Source: Escherichia coli
GTDB lineage: Bacteria > Pseudomonadota > Gammaproteobacteria > Enterobacterales > Enterobacteriaceae
Length of the DNA stretch: 30,887 bases
Assembly (NCBI RefSeq): GCF_003334765.1
Contig: NZ_QOWT01000041.1
Strand: one strand, 5' to 3'
Shown here in pieces: positions 8,459 to 18,346 of the stretch. Within the stretch, counting starts at the first letter, position 1. Every line of letters begins with the position of its first letter. A model generated the notes under the pieces. It ran no database searches. It worked only from the letters and a program-made list of their open reading frames with translations, and was not told where the DNA came from. The translations under genes and the position numbers were made by a program.

Positions 8459-9130
8459 TTAGGGCTGATTTGCTGTATAGCGCACGAACGCCGGACGTTC
8501 CGAGGCCACCGCGTCCGCCCAGCGCGTTGGCTCCGGCAGACGATAGCCTTTCATGCAGCGTTGTACCCACGCCAGCGCGCTGTCCACGCTGACCCGATGG
8601 CCGGTAGCGATAAACAACGGGTTACAGCGCGCTTTGCTGCGCCAGACCCAGGCCAGCTGCTCGCCTTTATCCATCAGTGGGGCCAGCGCGCCCGGTTCGC
8701 TGGAGAGCGGTTCGAATTTACCGCAGAGCCGTTTTTTCGCCACGCCAATGGTCGGCACATCCACCAATAAGCCAAAATGGCTGGCGACGCCAAGACGGCG
8801 AGGATGCGAGATCCCATGACCATCGACAAACACTAAATCCGGCTTTTGCGACAGCATCTCCCACGCTGCCAGCAGCGCAGGATATTCGCGGAAGGAAAGA
8901 AAACCTGGAATGTAAGGCATGGTGGTGGCGATGCGGGCAACTTTATACTCGACCAGCTCAAGCGAGGGATATTTCAGCAGCACCATCGCCGCTCGCGTCA
9001 CTTCTCCGCCCTGCTCAAACCCGACATCGGCTCCGGCGATCAGATCCGGTGGATCTTTATCGAGTCGATCCTCGCGGATCACAGAAGAAGCCAGTTCGAT
9101 TTGTTGAGCGCGTAATGACGCGAGATCCAT
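8459..9130 (-). CDS. nfi: Endonuclease V (deoxyinosine 3' endonuclease)
   Basis: 223 aa from the ATG at 9130 ([10 protein letters not shown]...). An AGGAG-type Shine-Dalgarno overlaps the hemE stop. The tracked ORF starts two codons earlier at a GTG. Confidence 0.95.
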
Positions 9131-9139
9131 AATCACTCC

Positions 9140-10204
9140 TTAGCGGTGATACTGTTCAGACAGTCGATGCACTGCCTCCACGAACACGCCAGCATGTTCT
9201 GGCGGCACATCCTGATGAATGCCGTGACCAAGGTTAAAGACATGACCTTCGCCGTGACCGAAACCTGCAAGTATAGTCGCTACTTCTTCTTCAATGCGGG
9301 CAGGCGGCGCGTACAGCATCGACGGATCCATATTACCCTGCAACGCGACTTTATTGCCCACACGGCGGCGCGCATCGGCGATGTCCGTTGTCCAGTCGAG
9401 GCCCAGCGCATCGCAACCGGTTTCTGCCATGGCTTCCAGCCACTGTCCGCCGCCTTTGGTAAACAGCGTGACCGGTACGCGGCGACCGTCGTTTTCACGC
9501 AGTAAACCATCAACAATTTTATGCATGTAATAGAGCGAGAACTGTTGATAATCGCGCCCGGTAAGCACGCCGCCCCAGGTGTCGAAAATCATCACTGCCT
9601 GAGCACCGGCTTTAATCTGCGCATTCAGATACAAAGTGACGCTTTTCGCCAGTTTATCGAGCAGAGCGTGCAGCGCCTGCGGATCGGCATACATCATTTT
9701 TTTGATCACGGTGAAGGCTTTGCTGCTGCCGCCTTCCACCATGTAGGTCGCCAGCGTCCACGGGCTGCCGGAAAAACCAATCAGCGGCACTTCGCCTTTC
9801 AGTTCGCGACGAATGGTACGCACCGCGTTCATCACGTAACCCAGTTCATCTTCCGGGTCCGGAATTGGCAGTTTATCGACGTCAGCTTTGCAGGTGACTG
9901 GCGAGGTAAAACGCGGACCTTCTCCGGCTTCAAAATAGAGCCCTAACCCCATCGCGTCCGGCACGGTGAGGATATCGGAAAAGAGGATCGCCGCATCCAG
10001 CGGGTAGCGACGCAGCGGTTGCAAAGTCACTTCGCACGCCAGCTCGGCGTTTTTGCACAGCGACATAAAATCGCCTGCCTGGGCGCGCGTGGCTTTATAT
10101 TCCGGTAGATAGCGACCCGCCTGGCGCATCATCCATACTGGAGTGACATCAACGGGCTGGCGCAGCAGCGCCCGCAGATAACGATCGTTTTTAAGTTCGG
10201 TCAT
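9140..10204 (-). CDS. hemE: Uroporphyrinogen decarboxylase
   Basis: 354-aa [39 protein letters not shown]..., recognised as HemE. Confidence 0.98.
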   Translation of the reverse strand: MTELKNDRYLRALLRQPVDVTPVWMMRQAGRYLPEYKATRAQAGDFMSLCKNAELACEVTLQPLRRYPLDAAILFSDILTVPDAMGLGLYFEAGEGPRFTSPVTCKADVDKLPIPDPEDELGYVMNAVRTIRRELKGEVPLIGFSGSPWTLATYMVEGGSSKAFTVIKKMMYADPQALHALLDKLAKSVTLYLNAQIKAGAQAVMIFDTWGGVLTGRDYQQFSLYYMHKIVDGLLRENDGRRVPVTLFTKGGGQWLEAMAETGCDALGLDWTTDIADARRRVGNKVALQGNMDPSMLYAPPARIEEEVATILAGFGHGEGHVFNLGHGIHQDVPPEHAGVFVEAVHRLSEQYHR

Positions 10205-10243
10205 TTTGGCTGTTCCTTAGTGCGTCAGGCGGTCAGTGTATCA

Positions 10244-11017
10244 TCACTCATACTCTGCCCGACACATCGCCACCGTATCTTCTATCAGACGGCGCGCTAC
10301 GGTGCCGGGCGGCGGGAGTAACGGCAAATCGTCATAGCGATACCAGTTCGCCTCGAGCAATTCTTTCGGGTCGATCACGATGTCGCCGCTGTCATATTCC
10401 GCCATAAACGCGGTCATTAAAGACTGAGGAAACGGCCACGGCTGAGAAGTCACGTAACGCAAGTTTTTAACTTTAATTCCGCTCTCTTCCATCACTTCCC
10501 GCGCGACTGCCTGCTCGAGGGTTTCGCCCACTTCGACGAATCCGGCAAGTACTGTATGGACACCGTTACGATGGCGGGTATGCTGGGCGAGGAGGATCGA
10601 ATCATCGCGACGGATGGCAACAATAATGCAGGGGGCGATTTGCGGGTAGTAACGCTCACGGCAATGGCTGCACAGCATCGCCCATTCGGTTTTGCTCGGA
10701 TACATTTCATGCCCGCAGTAACCACAGTATTTATGCGATCGGTAAAACTCCGCCAGTTGTACGCCTCGTCCGGCCAGTTGAAACAGCCCAACATCGAGAT
10801 CAATGACCTGACGTACCGACCCCATATCGTGACGCCGCTGCTGTTGTACTAACCAAACAGGTTCCCCCTGCCATTCGCCGATTTGTAGTGCGCGCTGACC
10901 CACAAGATCGAAATTTGCCGCTTCGCCATATGGCAATTCTCCCTTCGGCAACCATAATTTTTGTTCATGGCTGACGACCCACCAGCCGTGATCTAATTTT
11001 TCAATTATACGATCCAT
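10244..11017 (-). CDS. nudC: NADH pyrophosphatase / NAD-RNA decapping Nudix hydrolase
   Basis: 257-aa ORF with zinc-binding cysteines (CGYCGHEM...CSHC) and a Nudix box ([23 protein letters not shown]). Confidence 0.97.
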
Positions 11018-11111
11018 AGCTCTTGCACTACCTTTGCATCACTGGCATGTTTAACATGGTTTTTACATTTCTCACTGAGCAGTTTTTGAATACAAACTTG
11101 CGGAGTCAATC

Positions 11112-11588
11112 ATGCTTAACCAGCTCGATAACCTGACGGAGCGCGTCAGAGGAAGTAACAAACTGGTTGATCGCTGGCTACATGTACGTAAGCATCTGCT
11201 CGTGGCTTACTACAATCTGGTTGGCATTAAGCCTGGCAAAGAATCGTACATGAGGCTAAACGAAAAAGCCCTTGATGATTTTTGTCAGAGCCTGGTCGAT
11301 TACTTGTCTGCCGGACATTTCAGTATTTATGAGCGCATTCTTCATAAGCTGGAAGGCAACGGGCAACTCGCGCGCGCCGCGAAGATTTGGCCGCAACTCG
11401 AAGCCAATACTCAACAGATTATGGATTACTACGATTCCAGTCTGGAAACCGCCATCGATCATGATAATTACCTTGAGTTTCAACAGGTTTTATCTGACAT
11501 CGGCGAGGCGCTGGAAGCGCGCTTTGTGCTGGAAGATAAGCTGATTCTGCTGGTGCTTGACGCCGCCCGCGTCAAACATCCTGCTTGA
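11112..11588 (+). CDS. rsd: Regulator of sigma D (anti-sigma70 factor)
   Basis: 158-aa ORF MLNQLDNLTERVRGSNKLVDRWLHVRKHLLVAYYNLVG..., recognised as Rsd. Confidence 0.97.
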   Translation: MLNQLDNLTERVRGSNKLVDRWLHVRKHLLVAYYNLVGIKPGKESYMRLNEKALDDFCQSLVDYLSAGHFSIYERILHKLEGNGQLARAAKIWPQLEANTQQIMDYYDSSLETAIDHDNYLEFQQVLSDIGEALEARFVLEDKLILLVLDAARVKHPA

Positions 11589-11622
11589 GTTCTGCGCTGT
11601 TAACGCGTAATTTACATTCAAT

Positions 11623-11649
11623 GCCCCATTTGCGGGGCTAATTTCTTGT
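11623..11649 (+). terminator. Hairpin after rsd (weak terminator candidate, or 5' hairpin of the thiC transcript)
   Basis: GCCCC-ATTTGC-GGGGC followed by TAATTTCTT. The call is ambiguous because a possible thiC promoter lies just upstream (TTCTGC 11590-11595, 17 nt, TACATT 11613-11618). Confidence 0.3.
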
Positions 11650-11730
11650 CGGAGTGCCTTAACTGGCTGAGACCGTTTATTCGGGATCCGCGGAACCTGA
11701 TCAGGCTAATACCTGCGAAGGGAACAAGAG
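11643..11730 (+). promoter_or_regulatory. TPP riboswitch (thi-box) aptamer of the thiCEFSGH leader
   Basis: P1 arms TTCTTGTC...GGAACAAGAG enclose the conserved CTGAGA and ACCTGATCAGGCTAATACCTGCGAAGGGAA elements. The expression platform continues to the thiC ATG at 11821. Confidence 0.93.
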
Positions 11731-11817
11731 TTAATCTGCTATCGCATCGCCCCTGCGGCGATCGTCTCTTGCTTCATCCGTCGTCTGACAAGCCACGTCC
11801 TTAACTTTTTGGAATGA

Positions 11818-13715
<1,898 letters not shown>

Positions 13716-13716
<1 letters not shown>

Positions 13717-14351
13717 TGTATCAGCCTGATTTTCCTCCTGTACCTTTTCGTTCAGGACTGTACCCGGTGGTGGACAGCGTACAGTGGATCGAACGTCTGT
13801 TGGATGCAGGCGTACGTACTCTCCAGCTACGCATCAAAGATCGGCGCGATGAAGAGGTGGAAGCCGATGTCGTGGCGGCAATTGCGCTGGGCCGCCGCTA
13901 TAACGCGCGATTGTTTATCAACGATTACTGGCGGCTGGCGATCAAGCATCAGGCGTATGGCGTCCATTTGGGGCAGGAAGATTTGCAAGCCACCGATCTC
14001 AATGCCATCCGCGCGGCAGGCCTGCGGCTGGGCGTTTCGACACATGACGATATGGAAATCGACGTCGCGCTGGCAGCACGCCCCTCTTATATCGCGCTGG
14101 GACATGTGTTCCCGACGCAAACCAAACAGATGCCTTCTGCACCGCAGGGGCTGGAACAGCTGGCACGGCATGTTGAGCGACTGGCGGATTATCCCACCGT
14201 GGCGATTGGCGGTATCAGTCTGGCACGCGCGCCTGCGGTGATAGCAACGGGTGTCGGCAGTATCGCCGTCGTCAGCGCCATTACTCAAGCCGCAGACTGG
14301 CGTTTGGCAACGGCACAGTTGCTGGAAATTGCAGGAGTTGGCGATGAATGA
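13716..14351 (+). CDS. thiE: Thiamine-phosphate synthase
   Basis: 211 aa from the ATG at 13716, which shares one nucleotide with the thiC stop (TGATG). Sequence [21 protein letters not shown]... is recognised as ThiE. Confidence 0.96.
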
Positions 14352-15099
14352 CCGTGACTTTATGCGTTATAGCCGCCAAATCCTGCTCGACGATATCGCT
14401 CTGGACGGGCAGCAAAAACTGCTCGACAGCCAGGTGCTGATTATCGGTCTGGGCGGGCTGGGTACACCTGCTGCGCTGTACCTGGCGGGCGCTGGCGTCG
14501 GGACGCTGGTACTGGCAGATGACGACGATGTGCATTTAAGCAATCTGCAACGACAAATCCTCTTTACCACTGAAGATATCGATCGCCCGAAATCGCAGGT
14601 CAGCCAACAGCGACTGACACAGTTGAATCCCGACATTCAACTGACAGCATTACAACAACGGTTAACGGGTGAGGCGTTAAAAGATGCGGTTGCACGGGCC
14701 GATGTGGTGCTCGACTGTACCGACAATATGGCGACTCGCCAGGAGATTAATGCCGCCTGCGTGGCACTCAACACGCCGCTTATCACCGCCAGCGCGGTCG
14801 GATTTGGCGGTCAGTTGATGGTACTGACGCCGCCCTGGGAGCAGGGGTGTTACCGCTGCCTGTGGCCAGATAACCAGGAGCCAGAACGCAACTGCCGCAC
14901 GGCGGGCGTGGTTGGCCCGGTGGTCGGGGTTATGGGCACTTTGCAGGCACTGGAAGCCATTAAGTTATTAAGCGGTATAGAGACACCTGCGGGAGAACTC
15001 CGACTGTTCGACGGTAAATCGAGCCAGTGGCGCAGCCTGGCGTTGCGCCGCGCCAGTGGTTGCCCGGTATGCGGAGGAAGCAATGCAGATCCTGTTTAA
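14344..15099 (+). CDS. thiF: ThiS adenylyltransferase
   Basis: 251 aa from the ATG at 14344 ([15 protein letters not shown]...), overlapping the thiE end by 8 nt. E1-like fold with [17 protein letters not shown] and CxxC pairs. The tracked 282-aa ORF is an upstream extension. Confidence 0.95.
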
Positions 15100-15283
15100 C
15101 GATCAAGCGATGCAGTGCGCCGCCGGGCAAACTGTTCACGAACTACTGGAGCAACTCGACCAACGACAAGCGGGCGCGGCTCTGGCGATTAATCAGCAAA
15201 TCGTCCCGCGTGAGCAGTGGGCGCAACATATCGTGCAGGATGGCGACCAGATCCTGCTTTTTCAGGTTATTGCAGGGGGTTGA
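15083..15283 (+). CDS. thiS: Sulfur carrier protein ThiS
   Basis: 66 aa, [16 protein letters not shown]...LLFQVIAGG, ending in the diagnostic Gly-Gly. It overlaps the thiF 3' end by 17 nt. Confidence 0.95.
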
Positions 15284-15284
15284 A

Positions 15285-16055
15285 ATGTTACGTATTGCGG
15301 ACAAAACGTTTGATTCACATCTGTTTACCGGCACAGGGAAATTCGCTTCTTCACAACTGATGGTGGAGGCGATCCGCGCTTCCGGCAGCCAGCTGGTGAC
15401 ACTGGCGATGAAACGTGTCGACTTGCGCCAGCACAACGACGCTATCCTCGAACCGCTTATCGCGGCGGGTGTGACCCTGCTGCCAAATACATCCGGGGCG
15501 AAAACAGCGGAAGAAGCCATTTTCGCCGCCCATCTGGCTCGTGAAGCGTTAGGCACAAACTGGTTAAAATTAGAGATTCACCCTGACGCCCGCTGGCTGT
15601 TGCCCGATCCCATCGAAACCCTGAAAGCCGCCGAAACGCTGGTACAACAGGGATTTGTCGTGCTGCCTTACTGCGGGGCCGATCCGGTATTGTGTAAACG
15701 TCTGGAAGAAGTCGGCTGTGCAGCGGTGATGCCGCTCGGCGCGCCGATTGGCTCGAATCAGGGACTGGAAACCCGCGCCATGCTGGAGATTATTATCCAG
15801 CAGGCCACAGTGCCGGTGGTTGTCGATGCTGGCATCGGCGTTCCCAGCCATGCCGCGCAGGCGCTGGAAATGGGGGCCGACGCGGTGTTAGTGAATACGG
15901 CGATTGCCGTCGCGGACGATCCCGTCAACATGGCGAAGGCATTTCGTCTGGCGGTAGAAGCAGGCCTACTGGCACGTCAGTCCGGACCGGGCAGCCGCAG
16001 TTATTTTGCTCATGCCACCAGCCCGCTGACCGGATTTCTGGAGGCATCGGCATGA
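15285..16055 (+). CDS. thiG: Thiazole synthase
   Basis: 256 aa from the ATG at 15285 ([20 protein letters not shown]...), one nucleotide after the thiS stop. The tracked 342-aa ORF is an open-frame extension across thiS. Confidence 0.96.
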   Translation: MLRIADKTFDSHLFTGTGKFASSQLMVEAIRASGSQLVTLAMKRVDLRQHNDAILEPLIAAGVTLLPNTSGAKTAEEAIFAAHLAREALGTNWLKLEIHPDARWLLPDPIETLKAAETLVQQGFVVLPYCGADPVLCKRLEEVGCAAVMPLGAPIGSNQGLETRAMLEIIIQQATVPVVVDAGIGVPSHAAQALEMGADAVLVNTAIAVADDPVNMAKAFRLAVEAGLLARQSGPGSRSYFAHATSPLTGFLEASA

Positions 16056-17185
16056 AAACCTTCAGCGATCGCTGGCGACAACTGGACTGGGACGACATCC
16101 GCCTGCGTATCAACGGCAAAACGGCTGCTGACGTAGAGCGGGCGCTAAATGCCTCGCAACTCACCCGCGACGACATGATGGCGCTGTTATCGCCTGCCGC
16201 CAGTGGCTATCTGGAACAACTGGCCCAACGGGCGCAGCGTCTGACCCGTCAGCGATTTGGCAACACAGTTAGTTTCTACGTCCCGCTTTATCTTTCCAAT
16301 CTTTGCGCTAACGACTGCACGTACTGTGGATTTTCCATGAGTAATCGCATCAAGCGCAAAACGCTGGATGAAGCGGATATTGCCAGGGAAAGTGCCGCTA
16401 TACGGGAGATGGGCTTTGAACATCTGCTGTTAGTCACTGGTGAACATCAGGCGAAAGTGGGGATGGATTACTTTCGTCGTCATCTCCCTGCCCTTCGTGA
16501 ACAGTTCTCTTCACTACAGATGGAAGTGCAACCGCTGGCGGAGACGGAATACGCCGAGTTAAAGCAACTTGGTCTGGATGGCGTGATGGTTTATCAGGAG
16601 ACATATCACGAGGCGACTTATGCCCGCCATCATCTGAAAGGCAAAAAACAGGACTTCTTCTGGCGGCTGGAAACGCCGGATCGGCTGGGGCGTGCGGGGA
16701 TTGATAAGATAGGCCTCGGCGCGCTAATTGGCCTTTCCGACAACTGGCGCGTTGACAGCTATATGGTTGCCGAACATTTGCTATGGCTGCAACAGCATTA
16801 CTGGCAAAGCCGTTACTCTGTCTCCTTTCCGCGCCTGCGCCCGTGTACTGGCGGCATTGAGCCTGCGTCGATTATGGATGAACGCCAGTTAGTGCAAACC
16901 ATCTGCGCCTTCCGACTGCTTGCACCGGAGATTGAACTGTCACTCTCCACGCGGGAATCACCGTGGTTTCGCGATCGCGTTATTCCGCTGGCGATCAATA
17001 ACGTCAGCGCCTTCTCGAAAACGCAGCCAGGTGGCTATGCCGATAATCACCCCGAGTTGGAACAGTTCTCACCGCACGACGATCGCAGACCGGAAGCGGT
17101 TGCTGCCGCGTTAACCGCTCAGGGTTTGCAGCCGGTATGGAAAGACTGGGACAGCTATCTGGGACGCGCCTCGCAAAGACTATGA
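16052..17185 (+). CDS. thiH: Radical SAM tyrosine lyase (dehydroglycine synthase)
   Basis: 377-aa ORF with the radical SAM motif CANDCTYC. Its start overlaps the thiG stop (ATGA). Confidence 0.97.
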   Translation: MKTFSDRWRQLDWDDIRLRINGKTAADVERALNASQLTRDDMMALLSPAASGYLEQLAQRAQRLTRQRFGNTVSFYVPLYLSNLCANDCTYCGFSMSNRIKRKTLDEADIARESAAIREMGFEHLLLVTGEHQAKVGMDYFRRHLPALREQFSSLQMEVQPLAETEYAELKQLGLDGVMVYQETYHEATYARHHLKGKKQDFFWRLETPDRLGRAGIDKIGLGALIGLSDNWRVDSYMVAEHLLWLQQHYWQSRYSVSFPRLRPCTGGIEPASIMDERQLVQTICAFRLLAPEIELSLSTRESPWFRDRVIPLAINNVSAFSKTQPGGYADNHPELEQFSPHDDRRPEAVAAALTAQGLQPVWKDWDSYLGRASQRL

Positions 17186-17297
17186 GACGGAATGTAAGAA
17201 CGTAAATTTATTCCGAGCCGCTACGGAAGATGAAAAACGCAAGGTTGTTGAAAGCGTTGTGTTTTTTTATGGTAGTGCCGTCAGCAGGAATGTTGTC

Positions 17298-17338
17298 CAG
17301 GGCGAAAAGCTTCTTCCTCGTTTCGCCCTGCCTTTCTT
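17298..17338 (+). terminator. Candidate terminator of the thi operon
   Basis: Perfect 10-bp stem CAGGGCGAAA (17298-17307) / TTTCGCCCTG (17321-17330), 13-nt loop, then CCTTTCTT. The U tract is imperfect. A weaker hairpin with a T7 run lies at 17233-17268. Confidence 0.4.
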
Positions 17339-17432
17339 AAAAATTCCGTAATGCAAAGTCTGAAGCCATCGCCTGTTGAGCAATGAAAGAGATCTGATTG
17401 TAAGAGAGTAAATACTCAACTATGATAGAGAC

Positions 17433-17600
17433 GAAAATAAGAACACATGTTCTCATCTTCCAGGATGCAGCAGACTGAAGAAATTCAGACATCCCGCAAC
17501 CTGCGATTATCGCAAGGTCAAGGCAAAGTCCGGTAATGGCGTTCTGAATACCAGAGATAATTCTCTGGCGAAACCCACCTTAAGGTGGGTTTTGTTATTT
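17433..17600 (+). ncRNA. sroH: Small RNA transcription unit, probably SroH
   Basis: Sigma70-like promoter TTGTAA (17398-17403), 17 nt, TATGAT (17421-17426). Internal hairpin CCAGAGA-TAAT-TCTCTGG (17551-17568). Terminator AAACCCACC-TTAA-GGTGGGTTT (17571-17593) plus TTTTGTTATTTT. Predicted length about 165 nt. I recall a roughly 160-nt sRNA, SroH, reported in the htrC/thiH intergenic region. Confidence 0.55.
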
Positions 17601-18134
17601 TGAGGGCTGAGGAAGCTGCTTATTTCTCAATAAGTTGTAGGCAATGGTGAAAAATTTCACTGATTTACCTTTCTGTTTTTCAGAAATGGGATAAGCGCTA
17701 GTTACATGCAAACGGAGTTTTTTCTTTTCCCTGAAAGCCCTGAACGCAACAAAGTAAAATGCCTTATCTCCTCCGTCTAAGTCCACCTCAATCACGGCAT
17801 AGCTACCATACCCGGCATGAATAACGTTGCTTTCTGGCAGCGCCAAAATAGTTCTTTTTAAGTGTGTGCGCGCTAAGTTATAACGGTGCTGGCAGAAGGG
17901 ACGAGATTCTTTAGGCGCGTGGTACATTAACGATTGTTTTTCTTCGTTCGTCTGATGTTCATAATCTTTTGTGAAGCAGTGAAGAGAGTAGGTAACCCAA
18001 AAGCGATACTCTAAAGGCTCTTTGCCCTCATGATGCTGAACGTAGACAGCCTGATGAGCATCAAGAAATGATAAATCACGAATATCACCATCCGGATGTC
18101 CAAAAGGTCGCCACTTTTCCACTTCCTGTTTCAT
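17595..18134 (-). CDS. yjaZ: Uncharacterised 179-aa protein (historically heat shock protein C)
   Basis: ORF MKQEVEKWRPFGHPDGDIRD... recognised as E. coli YjaZ/HtrC. No signal peptide, TM segment or catalytic motif that I can defend. It is AT-rich relative to its neighbours. Confidence 0.85.
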   Translation of the reverse strand: MKQEVEKWRPFGHPDGDIRDLSFLDAHQAVYVQHHEGKEPLEYRFWVTYSLHCFTKDYEHQTNEEKQSLMYHAPKESRPFCQHRYNLARTHLKRTILALPESNVIHAGYGSYAVIEVDLDGGDKAFYFVAFRAFREKKKLRLHVTSAYPISEKQKGKSVKFFTIAYNLLRNKQLPQPSK

Positions 18135-18298
18135 TCTCGTTCCTTAAGAAAGTTACACAGGAATAGTATCGAATCCTTGCCGAGTTTGACTCAATTAGTT
18201 CAGTCAGTTTCAGGATATTAGTCATCTCTACATTGATTATGAGTATTCAGAAATTCCTTAAATATTCTGACAAATGCTCTTTCCCTAAACTCCCCCCA

Positions 18299-18326
18299 TA
18301 AAAAAACCCGCCGAAGCGGGTTTTTA
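18299..18326 (-). terminator. rpoBC operon intrinsic terminator
   Basis: Minus strand: AAAAACCCGC-TTCG-GCGGGTTTTTTTAT, about 20 nt after the rpoC stop. This is a classic strong terminator. Confidence 0.92.
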
Positions 18327-18346
18327 CGTTATTTGCGGATTAACGA

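Noticed and set aside
14251-15284. Upstream extensions of thiF (282 aa), thiS (75 aa) and thiG (342 aa) in the ORF track
   Set aside because: The frames simply stay open across upstream genes. The internal ATGs at 14344, 15083 and 15285 give the known 251-, 66- and 256-aa proteins with tightly coupled junctions.
17422-17478. 18-codon ORF MIETKIRTHVLIFQDAAD on the plus strand
   Set aside because: Its ATG lies within the predicted -10 hexamer, upstream of the predicted sRNA transcription start. There is no Shine-Dalgarno.
18135-18346. Sigma32 heat-shock promoter for yjaZ (htrC)
   Set aside because: I looked for CTTGAAA, 13-15 nt, CCCCATNT on the minus strand and found none. The only CCCCATA string (18294-18300) is on the wrong strand and abuts the rpoC terminator.
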